The notes under the pieces are model-generated. The model was not told where the DNA came from. It did not search any database and was given only the letters and a program-made list of their open reading frames with translations. DNA of 24,693 bases. It comes from a virus. Its lineage: Duplodnaviria > Caudoviricetes. This document shows positions 18,005 to 24,693 of the stretch, piece by piece. The stretch is from positions 1 through 24,693 of IMG/VR virus record IMGVR_UViG_3300012665_000087. One strand, written 5' to 3'. The position numbers were made by a program, and so were the translations under genes. Each line of letters opens with the position of its first letter. Position 1 is the stretch's first letter.

Positions 18005-19942
18005 TTAGGCTATTTTAGTAATTTCAAACCAGGCAGCATTACCTGTAACAGTAGTATCTGTATTTGGTGTCACTAATCGCCATTCAAATGTATTAGTTGC
18101 GGCATTAACATAATAAAAACCAAAATCTCTAATATCGTAGGTATTGACGTTACTTGTATTTTTGTATTTGATTGTATTGGTAAAGTTATCAAGTGTGGCC
18201 GCAGTGTTAGTATTTCTTCTTAATTGGATATAATGATCACCTGTGCTTCTTAAAACTCCAACTATTCTAAACAAATAAGTTCCAGCGGCTAAATCAAAAG
18301 TATTGGCGCTAACTGTAACAATACCGCTGGGGTCTGCCGTTTCACTAATTGCTACAGTATAAGTAGTTCCTGAAACTAATGTTCCTTGAGGGGTATCTAT
18401 ACTTAACCAAGCAATACTTGGACCACCGCCACCAGCAGTAGCCCAACCTAATACACCAGCGCCATCTGTTTTTAATACTTGATTGGCTGTGCCATCTGCT
18501 GTGGGTAATGTCCAAATTTTATTAGCACTGAGTGTGCCTGCTTTGAAACCTACATAGAATGTATTAGCACTGTTGTTTAATCTTAGATCGTTAGCGGCTG
18601 TGACAGTCGTTGTGGTAAAGCGTCCAGTTGACGCAGTAGTAGCACCAATTGAGGTATTGTTAATTGTTGATGCAGTTGTTGGGTTTATGGTCAAGGCACC
18701 TGCTGGGCTAATTGCCACTGTGCCTGTGCCTGTTGGACTAATTGCAACGGCTAAGTTTGCTGGACTTAATGTCACAGCACCAGTTGCTGACAATGTGGTA
18801 AATGCACCAGTTGATGCAGTAGTAGCACCAACTGTGCCATTAAATGCACTTGTGGTTAACGTTGCACCAGTTATTGTGGGGCTTGTGCCTAACACTACTG
18901 AGCCAGTTCCTGTGGCTGTGGAAAAGTCTGTTAGACCTGATTCCCAACTTGCACTTCCACTGCCACCTGCACTGTTTATACAAGTTGCCATGGCTGTTGT
19001 GCCTGGTAATATTGTAATTACTAAAGAGCCACCTGAACTGTTTAGTGTTAAGTTACCAGTGCTGTTATTACAGATATGAAATGTCCAACCATTGGCTAAT
19101 GTGCTAACTACTGGTAAGGTAATCGTTTGTGTAGTTGAACCAGTGAATATCTGATAATGACTGCTAGAACTGGTTAATGTTGTGGTGCCACCTGCTGTGG
19201 CTGTGGTTGTAAACCCCATTAAATTAGCAAGGGCTGATGGCGCTGTGGTTTTACCTGTTCCACCATAAGCCAGTCCTACTGCACCGCCATTAATGTTAGC
19301 ACCGCTGACATTGCCAGAAAATGTTGTGGCGCTTAAAGTATTTGTTGATGCATCATAGAATAAACCATCATCAATATGAGGTGTTTGATTGCCTGTGGCA
19401 AATGTGCTGACCAATGGTAGATACATCACTGTATCTCCTGAATTACCATTGGTTGTGCTGATGTTGATGTTGTTGGCGTTGGTGGCAGTTGTGGCAGTTG
19501 ATGCCGCACTCACAGTCAATGTGTTGGCCGCAGTATCTACCCAGTTGGTGCCGTTATAAACCAGCACATCATTTGTGGCTGCGGCTGTAATTACTACATC
19601 TGTAAGTCCATCTAATGTTGAACTACCTCCACCACTTTGTGCAGTCCAACTTAGTTGTCCACTGCCATTGGTCTTTAAAACATAATCTGCTGTGCCATCT
19701 GCTTGTGGCCAATTCAATCCATCTAATACTATTGATCCAGTGCCATTAGGAGTAATAGCAATATTACCATTACTTGCACTTACAATGCTGTTACCATTGA
19801 CATCTAAATTACCGCCTAATTGGGGTGTTAGATCTTCAACGATATCTTCAATCTTATCATTGTTAAGATTTGTAATGTTTGCATCGCCTTCTGTCCAGGT
19901 CAATGCACTGCCCTTCGTTGCTCTTGTTACGATTGTTGTCAT
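18005..19942 (-). CDS. Fibre protein (Thr/Gly-rich)
   Basis: N-terminal TRATKGSALTWTEGDANITNL, DLTPQLGGNLDVNG, two DGTAxxVLKTxGxGxLxW motifs and LTDVVIT...VLVYNGTNW, all common phage fibre modules. Confidence 0.8.
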   Translation of the reverse strand: MTTIVTRATKGSALTWTEGDANITNLNNDKIEDIVEDLTPQLGGNLDVNGNSIVSASNGNIAITPNGTGSIVLDGLNWPQADGTADYVLKTNGSGQLSWTAQSGGGSSTLDGLTDVVITAAATNDVLVYNGTNWVDTAANTLTVSAASTATTATNANNINISTTNGNSGDTVMYLPLVSTFATGNQTPHIDDGLFYDASTNTLSATTFSGNVSGANINGGAVGLAYGGTGKTTAPSALANLMGFTTTATAGGTTTLTSSSSHYQIFTGSTTQTITLPVVSTLANGWTFHICNNSTGNLTLNSSGGSLVITILPGTTAMATCINSAGGSGSASWESGLTDFSTATGTGSVVLGTSPTITGATLTTSAFNGTVGATTASTGAFTTLSATGAVTLSPANLAVAISPTGTGTVAISPAGALTINPTTASTINNTSIGATTASTGRFTTTTVTAANDLRLNNSANTFYVGFKAGTLSANKIWTLPTADGTANQVLKTDGAGVLGWATAGGGGPSIAWLSIDTPQGTLVSGTTYTVAISETADPSGIVTVSANTFDLAAGTYLFRIVGVLRSTGDHYIQLRRNTNTAATLDNFTNTIKYKNTSNVNTYDIRDFGFYYVNAATNTFEWRLVTPNTDTTVTGNAAWFEITKIA

Positions 19943-20601
19943 GTGACTTGCTCCACTTTAAAGTTATCTTGGGGATTGAGAGAGTCCAAGTTCTCAAACC
20001 TTGCTTTACAGTTATCAAAGTGCCATCTTTTCATAGCACTTCCTATTCCATTTAATCCACAATGTGGACAGGTATATGGTTTAGATTGTGATATACTCTG
20101 ACTTTTACGCCATTGTTCATTTTTAGGCTGAGGACGACCTTTTAATGATTCTGATCGCTTCAACTTTTCTTCTTCAATCATTGGACCTCTAGGAACTCCC
20201 TTAGGCCAACCAATTAAATTTCCATTTGCTAACAAACTTTTTCTATGATTCTCAATATGCTCTTGAGTCTTAGGACGCTTAGATCCTTTCATAGCCTTTG
20301 AATGTGTTTCAGCAAAACGCTTTCTTAACCACCCATAAAATTTATTATTATTGCGTTTACCTTCATGACCTCTTGTCATTACAGCAGCCGCATATATTAG
20401 TTTTTGATTATTAGGATATATCTTAACTAACAATTGATGAGCAAGAAAATGTTCTTCTGGTGTAAGGTCAACTAGATTACTTTTGTTATCTGTTCCACCC
20501 ATACATCTTGGAACTACGTGGTGTCTTTCTGTGTAGTATAAAACAACAGGGCGTTGTTTTGCCCTGTTGATTAAATTATCATAATGTTTTTGATAATCCA
20601 T
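19939..20601 (-). CDS. HNH homing endonuclease with NUMOD3-like repeats and C-terminal Zn-finger
   Basis: ERHHVVPRCMGGTDNKSNLVDLTPEEHFLAHQLL; KRSESLKG-type repeats; CPHC...RWHFDNC. Confidence 0.88.
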   Translation of the reverse strand: MDYQKHYDNLINRAKQRPVVLYYTERHHVVPRCMGGTDNKSNLVDLTPEEHFLAHQLLVKIYPNNQKLIYAAAVMTRGHEGKRNNNKFYGWLRKRFAETHSKAMKGSKRPKTQEHIENHRKSLLANGNLIGWPKGVPRGPMIEEEKLKRSESLKGRPQPKNEQWRKSQSISQSKPYTCPHCGLNGIGSAMKRWHFDNCKARFENLDSLNPQDNFKVEQVT

Positions 20602-20610
20602 TCGTAAGCA

Positions 20611-21036
20611 TCATGCCAACGAAATTGTCAAGTTACCGCTGGATACTTGGAATGTATCGCCTGTGTCAATAGTCTTGCTAGTTGTAACTGCGCCCCAGAA
20701 AAGCACGTTACCTGCACCAGCAGTGCCACCGTCCATAACTGCCACGTGAGTAATAGTACCCCATGATGCAGTTGCGGCATCAAAAGTTACAGTTGCGTTG
20801 GTTGCACTTGAACCACTTGAAGCGGCTGCAAATGTAACTGCCTTACGGCTGTAGGCTGTGCCTGATGTTGATGTTTCATCAGTTAGTGTGCCTGCTTCTA
20901 AGTTAGCGGCTGCTGAACCAGAAGTGTTGTTGAACAATGCTAGATAGATTGTTCCTGCACCAGTGTAAGGTGCTGTGCCATAGCGTAAAGTATGGTCTAA
21001 AAGTTTATTCTCAAGATAATTTGAGGCTGCTGACAT
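20611..21036 (-). CDS. Small virion structural protein of a widespread fibre-associated family
   Basis: SNYLENKLLDH, IYLALF, YSRKAVTF, WGTITHVAVMD, GNVLFWG, KTIDTGDTF...GNLTISL; AAGGAG RBS; Ala/Thr/Gly-rich. Confidence 0.75.
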   Translation of the reverse strand: MSAASNYLENKLLDHTLRYGTAPYTGAGTIYLALFNNTSGSAAANLEAGTLTDETSTSGTAYSRKAVTFAAASSGSSATNATVTFDAATASWGTITHVAVMDGGTAGAGNVLFWGAVTTSKTIDTGDTFQVSSGNLTISLA

Positions 21037-21125
21037 GTTGTATCTCCTTAAGGGTTTAGGTCTGCTACCACCTGAAGTCGTTTTTGTCTAGTACAGGCAG
21101 TGTTGTTCTTTGCAAATTGCATTAC

Positions 21126-21131
21126 TATTTA
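21126..21131 (-). promoter_or_regulatory. TAAATA late-promoter-like motif at the head of the structural region
   Basis: GGTAAATAGT on the minus strand, downstream of a terminator and about 90 nt before the ATG at 21036. Confidence 0.6.
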
Positions 21132-21173
21132 CCTAGACGTAGATATAAACCTAAAAAATCCCTAAAAAAAGTC

Positions 21174-21200
21174 AAAAAAAATCGCTGAACGAATCAGCGA
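21174..21200 (-). terminator. Rho-independent terminator ending the early region
   Basis: Minus strand TCGCTGA-TTCGT-TCAGCGA-TTTTTTTT, a few nt after the stop at 21206. Confidence 0.85.
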
Positions 21201-21205
21201 CTTAA

Positions 21206-21619
21206 TTATTGCATGTCAAACAATCTTTCCATAGGACTTATTGATGATTTATTCTTGACATTGGCTGTGACCATGCAGTTACGCCAGATCTCTTCTAGAC
21301 TCATGCTCATCTTCCAAGCCAGTGTCTTATACATTTTAGTATCTAACACACGACCATGTCCTGCTTGGTGTTTGATCAATGTATGTGCTGTTTCTTTTAA
21401 TGTCTTGACGTGATAACTTTCAAACATCTCTGGATAGCGTGTGTAAAGTTCTGCCACGCACTCTGTGACTGCTATCCACTCCTCATTGTTCCATTGGTGT
21501 AAGTATCCATCCCAGATACGTGCATCATCTCTGTGTATGTCACCTTGACTGTCACGAATTGACATCAGTGTTTCAGCAAAGTTTTGCCATAGATCTAATC
21601 CTCGTTCAAACTGTTTCAT
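21206..21619 (-). CDS. Hypothetical protein
   Basis: 137-aa ORF, AGGAG RBS, followed by a terminator; no family recognised. Confidence 0.75.
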   Translation of the reverse strand: MKQFERGLDLWQNFAETLMSIRDSQGDIHRDDARIWDGYLHQWNNEEWIAVTECVAELYTRYPEMFESYHVKTLKETAHTLIKHQAGHGRVLDTKMYKTLAWKMSMSLEEIWRNCMVTANVKNKSSISPMERLFDMQ

Positions 21620-21932
21620 TTTGTCTCCTTTCTCTAATGCGCCTAAAATGTTCTGCCCTAGTGATAATTTCTACATTATCCAATGCCCAAGGTGAATCTG
21701 TATTCTTGCGAGTCATGCAAAGACTCTGCGGAGTTCTTCCCCTTTGTTCCCATAGCCCTTGCCATAAATCTAACCAAGGCTCAAATTCAATGGTCCAACC
21801 TTCTTTACGGTATTGTGCTTGGTTCTTTTGCTGTAACCAAATAAGATACTGTTTGTGTTTAAAGGGGTCAGGACCACTGGTCCAAGTGTGTGGATAGGTT
21901 TTATTCTTTTTACCTGTGCCGCCGCCTGCCAT
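21606..21932 (-). CDS. Degenerate HNH-like protein, paralog of 22991..23464
   Basis: CMTRK..SPWALDNVEIITRAEH resembles a beta-beta-alpha-Me motif; 41/79 ungapped identities with the paralog. Confidence 0.7.
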   Translation of the reverse strand: MAGGGTGKKNKTYPHTWTSGPDPFKHKQYLIWLQQKNQAQYRKEGWTIEFEPWLDLWQGLWEQRGRTPQSLCMTRKNTDSPWALDNVEIITRAEHFRRIRERRQNETV

Positions 21933-21934
21933 GA

Positions 21935-22144
21935 TTAATAATCCAAGTCAAGATACAGTCTGCACCAACGTGCTAATCTTCTTGGATCCTTTTCTGTGTG
22001 AAGGTAATGAATGATATCTTCAGGATTCCAACTCATGTTTGCACTAATTACATCATCCATGGTAGGTCGTCTATGTTCTACTGAAGATTGTTCTGTTTCC
22101 AGTTCATCTAGCATTTGTCTAAGATTTAGTTTTGTGTTTTTCAT
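21935..22144 (-). CDS. Hypothetical protein
   Basis: 69 aa, GAAAGGA RBS, perfect TATAAATA upstream. Confidence 0.7.
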   Translation of the reverse strand: MKNTKLNLRQMLDELETEQSSVEHRRPTMDDVISANMSWNPEDIIHYLHTEKDPRRLARWCRLYLDLDY

Positions 22145-22161
22145 ATATTTTCCTTTCTATG

Positions 22162-22169
22162 TATTTATA
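22162..22169 (-). promoter_or_regulatory. TATAAATA (exact T4 late promoter consensus)
   Basis: ATATAAATAC on the minus strand, 17 nt before the ATG at 22144. Confidence 0.65.
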
Positions 22170-22188
22170 TGATTACTTAAATAGTTTA

Positions 22189-22431
22189 TTATTTCTTGAT
22201 ATAGCCTTGTTGCACACCGCCATTGTTATAGATGTAAGTGCGACCATTGCTGGCACCACACCAACTTGGTGGTTGATATCCAACTGGACGTCCTAGGCGT
22301 TTGCGTTCTGCTTCATCAAACTGTCCAGTCTGGCAAGGGTCATTTCTGTCATAGGTATTGGCCAAGAACTGCATTGGTCCAGCACAACCCACAAGATTAA
22401 TTACTGCTATCAGTGCTAGTAGTTTTTTCAC
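22189..22431 (-). CDS. Small lipoprotein
   Basis: MKKLLALIAVINLVG-C signal peptide II/lipobox; GGAGG RBS, GTG start. Confidence 0.75.
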   Translation of the reverse strand: MKKLLALIAVINLVGCAGPMQFLANTYDRNDPCQTGQFDEAERKRLGRPVGYQPPSWCGASNGRTYIYNNGGVQQGYIKK

Positions 22432-22567
22432 TTTTGATTACCTCCCCTTGGCAACGAAGTTCATATTCTTTGACTAAAAAGTTTACCCAGATTTCTTTTT
22501 TGTCATTGTTAGGTAGGCGCCTTGCGGCGTCTATGAATGCTAGGATTTCTTGTGGTGTGGTTTTCAT
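22397..22567 (-). CDS. Hypothetical protein (56 aa)
   Basis: Not in the track. MKTTPQEILAFIDAARRLPNNDKKEIWVNFLVKEYELRCQGEVIKSEKTTSTDSSN; ATGA overlap with the upstream gene; fills the gap. Confidence 0.6.
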   Translation of the reverse strand: MKTTPQEILAFIDAARRLPNNDKKEIWVNFLVKEYELRCQGEVIKSEKTTSTDSSN

Positions 22568-22905
22568 TTTAAATCTGATAATGTTAGGTAATATGTTTTA
22601 AGTGCATAACGATAAAAGCCTTTACCAACTCTACCTCCAGCATCTTTAAGAAACTTTTCACGCTCCTTAGCAGTCTTTTTTGGAGTTTCCATTATTGTTG
22701 CCATTTGGATTATTGAATTAAGTTGATTCATTCCTTGTTCAACAGTTTGAACATCAACAAGTTCAGCATATCCTAAACTTGTTTCTTTACCCCAATTATG
22801 GTAAGTTCCAATTTCTTTTTCTATCCAAGGACGAACTACTTCCAAAATTTGATTTGGAATACCATATTGTGTAAATGCCAACGTTTGAAATGCTTCGTAA
22901 CTCAT
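22564..22905 (-). CDS. Hypothetical early protein
   Basis: 113 aa, GAAAGGT RBS, directly behind a consensus sigma70 promoter. Confidence 0.75.
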   Translation of the reverse strand: MSYEAFQTLAFTQYGIPNQILEVVRPWIEKEIGTYHNWGKETSLGYAELVDVQTVEQGMNQLNSIIQMATIMETPKKTAKEREKFLKDAGGRVGKGFYRYALKTYYLTLSDLK

Positions 22906-22935
22906 TTTAGAACCTTTCTGTGTTAATATGTGTAT

Positions 22936-22964
22936 ATTATATATTTATAACACCTAAATGTCAA
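22936..22964 (-). promoter_or_regulatory. Perfect sigma70 promoter TTGACA-17-TATAAT with TATAAATA embedded in the spacer
   Basis: Minus strand TTGACA tttaggtgtTATAAATA TATAAT; -35 at 22959-22964, -10 at 22936-22941, TATAAATA at 22942-22949. Confidence 0.9.
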
Positions 22965-22990
22965 TCTCTTTTGGTTATCTAATTTGGCAA

Positions 22991-23464
22991 TTATTCGTAA
23001 CTGCTTTGTTCAGCCCTTATGACTATTTTTACATTATCTTTGGTCCAAGGCTGTGATCTGTCTTTGCGTTTCATACAGTATTGATTTTGACCTTGTCCTT
23101 TTTGATGTATCAAATCACCCCACGCAGTTAACCAATCCTCAAAGGTAAAATCCCAACCTTCTTTGCGGAAATTGGCTTGATTGCGTTGCTGACACCAACT
23201 TCTATAGTATTGGTGTTTTGCTGGATCTGGACCTGACTTCCAAACTGTGGGTCTTGGTCCCGCACGCCAGTCATTTTCATTGTTAAAAAATATATCGCGT
23301 CCCATCACAGACATTTTAGGTAAAAGTTGACCATTAAGTTCTCTGGTGTAATCTGGATATTTGTTTAATAAAAATCTACGACGCACTGCTTCTCCGCTGA
23401 CTCCGTGTGCTTTGGCTGCTTGGCCCAGTGTGTTAAATGTTCCTTTGGGTGTATGATATTTCAT
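22991..23464 (-). CDS. NUMOD1-like HTH plus degenerate HNH-like domain protein
   Basis: N-terminal TPKGTFNTLGQAAKAHGVS (NUMOD1-like); C-terminal domain paralogous to 21606..21932; AAAGGA RBS. Confidence 0.72.
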   Translation of the reverse strand: MKYHTPKGTFNTLGQAAKAHGVSGEAVRRRFLLNKYPDYTRELNGQLLPKMSVMGRDIFFNNENDWRAGPRPTVWKSGPDPAKHQYYRSWCQQRNQANFRKEGWDFTFEDWLTAWGDLIHQKGQGQNQYCMKRKDRSQPWTKDNVKIVIRAEQSSYE

Positions 23465-23493
23465 AGTTTTTCCTTTGTTTTGGTTAAAAATTG

Positions 23494-23543
23494 CAAACTC
23501 AGTAGAGTAATAATATATGTGACAAACTCCGTAGAAGAATAAT
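23494..23543. repeat. Pair of 21-nt imperfect direct repeats in an AT-rich intergenic gap
   Basis: CAAACTCAGTAGAGTAATAAT (23494-23514) versus CAAACTCCGTAGAAGAATAAT (23523-23543), 18/21 identical. Confidence 0.7.
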
Positions 23544-23575
23544 GGAGTATAGTAGAATAGTTTATTATAAGGTTA

Positions 23576-24610
23576 TCATTCCTCATATATTGTCCAATCA
23601 AGTTCTATCAAGTAATCAGTCTTTCTACGAACTTCACTAACAATCACACTTGGATCAATCACTTTATTACAACTCCATCCATCATGTATCCATAATGCTC
23701 GTATCTTATGTCTTTTAAGTAATCCACGAATAACCACACCAACTTGGTTCTCAAGTCGTCTATATAATTCACTCTTGTCTGAACCACTAACACGACACTT
23801 GCGTGTTTTACCTCTTTTATCTGTCATATATCTCACAGGTAATTCATCACGCAATGATACCCACAAAGATTTGATGTCTTCTTTCAAGCACATCACAGTG
23901 GTATTGTGTTTGAGTTTAATAATGGCATCGTAGTTGTAGTTCAAGTCCTGAAATATCTTATTACTTGACCAAGAACTAATAACTCCTCCTTGAAGTAGTG
24001 CATTGATCACTGTCTTGGCTTGATCCTCTGTGATTTCACATTCCTTGGCTATTTTCTGTCTGATATCACTGCGATTGCTGATATAATCTTCTAGGTGCTG
24101 TAGTTTTAGATTTGGATTTAGACTCTGTGCCAATTGGTATAACAATCTGGGCGCGGCGGCTTTGATGTCATAATGATAGCGATAGCCTTTGTTGGCTAAT
24201 ATAGCGTTTCTTATAACTTTGGGTATGTATTGCAACGGACTAAATGATCTATTACTTTTTTCTTCGTAGACTATATTGCCAGTGGTCAACTGCTGATCTA
24301 GTTCCTCATCCAATGTGGGTTTGAAATTTGGGCAATTCAATAATTGTTTGATTTCAAACACACCTTGAATGTTCTTACTGTATTTTTTACAAACACCAGT
24401 GAGTCCATTATAGTAAGGATCGCGAACTACTAATAACTTGTCTGCAAGCCAACGCCCAAGGGGTCTACTGGTATTGCCAAAGTATTTGTAAAGTTGTGTG
24501 CTGGTGATCCAACTGACTTCATTGGTTTTAGTATAAAGTTCTACGAAGTTCAAGGCACGGGTAACTGTGGCCTTGACACGGCTATCGTTGAAATTTGGTG
24601 TATATGCCAT
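23576..24610 (-). CDS. Minimal family-A-polymerase-fold protein (TV-Pol-like) with putative N-terminal winged helix
   Basis: In order: NRSFSPLQYIP..IR (cf. GRLSS.PNLQNIP), YDIKAAAPRLL (motif A), RQ....AKTVINALLQGG (motif B), WIHDG (motif C). No exonuclease domain. Confidence 0.7.
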   Translation of the reverse strand: MAYTPNFNDSRVKATVTRALNFVELYTKTNEVSWITSTQLYKYFGNTSRPLGRWLADKLLVVRDPYYNGLTGVCKKYSKNIQGVFEIKQLLNCPNFKPTLDEELDQQLTTGNIVYEEKSNRSFSPLQYIPKVIRNAILANKGYRYHYDIKAAAPRLLYQLAQSLNPNLKLQHLEDYISNRSDIRQKIAKECEITEDQAKTVINALLQGGVISSWSSNKIFQDLNYNYDAIIKLKHNTTVMCLKEDIKSLWVSLRDELPVRYMTDKRGKTRKCRVSGSDKSELYRRLENQVGVVIRGLLKRHKIRALWIHDGWSCNKVIDPSVIVSEVRRKTDYLIELDWTIYEE

Positions 24611-24635
24611 TGCTTCCTTTCTATGTTCTGCAATG

Positions 24636-24668
24636 TATTTAGTATAACATCATAAAAACCCGTGTCAA
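24636..24668 (-). promoter_or_regulatory. sigma70 promoter TTGACA-16-TATACT (extended -10) overlapping CTAAATA
   Basis: -35 at 24663-24668, TGt-TATACT with the hexamer at 24641-24646, TAAATA at 24636-24641; GAAAGGA RBS before ATG 24610. Confidence 0.8.
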
Positions 24669-24693
24669 ATAGAAATGGCAAAATTAGTCAAGA

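Noticed and set aside
19939-20610. Group I intron around either HNH gene
   Set aside because: Both HNH genes are intergenic, the flanking genes look intact, and there is no non-coding room for a ribozyme core.
21037-21125. Structured RNA or riboswitch in the 89-nt leader of the 141-aa gene
   Set aside because: Only a modest stem with G-U pairs (ACUGCCUG/CAGGUGGU) can be drawn and no known family is recognised; it cannot be supported without covariation data.
1731-22601. Numerous plus-strand and nested short ORFs in the track (e.g. 5395-5685, 15948-16310, 18573-19079)
   Set aside because: They lie opposite or inside well-supported minus-strand genes and reflect their codon bias; no RBS or motifs support them.
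6790-24641. TAAATA as an archaeal TATA box (archaeal host)
   Set aside because: Consensus TTGACA/TATAAT promoters and hairpin-plus-U-tract terminators point to a bacterial host, and several motif-to-start distances are too short for a TATA box at about -26.
1-24693. CRISPR array, tRNA/rRNA, integrase, or stop-codon recoding
   Set aside because: No regularly spaced repeats, cloverleaf or recombinase motifs were seen, and genes tile the window under standard code 11.

Overview
This window is a 24.7-kb piece of a tailed bacteriophage genome (Caudoviricetes, long non-contractile tail). It is densely coding in genetic code 11, with Shine-Dalgarno sites and sigma70 promoters, and nearly every gene is on the minus strand. 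In transcription order (right to left) it carries: (1) a small early region with a minimal family-A-polymerase-fold protein, two paralogous degenerate HNH-like proteins, a lipoprotein and hypotheticals; (2) a terminator followed by a fibre/appendage module placed upstream of the terminase, interrupted by an HNH-NUMOD3 endonuclease; (3) terS, an antisense HNH with its own promoter, terL, a portal ending in a HiPIP-like 4-Cys domain, several micro-ORFs and endonuclease VII; (4) scaffold, major capsid, head-tail proteins, tail tube, a tail chaperone with the lambda-type GGGAAAG frameshift, tape measure and tail-tip genes, with the last ORF running off the left edge. The most striking observations are a T4-late-promoter-like (TA)TAAATA motif in seven intergenic gaps on the coding strand with no recognisable sigma factor in the window, the portal-HiPIP-like fusion, and the minimal stand-alone PolA/TV-Pol-like enzyme followed by direct repeats. 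All calls come from reading motifs by eye; no searches were run.
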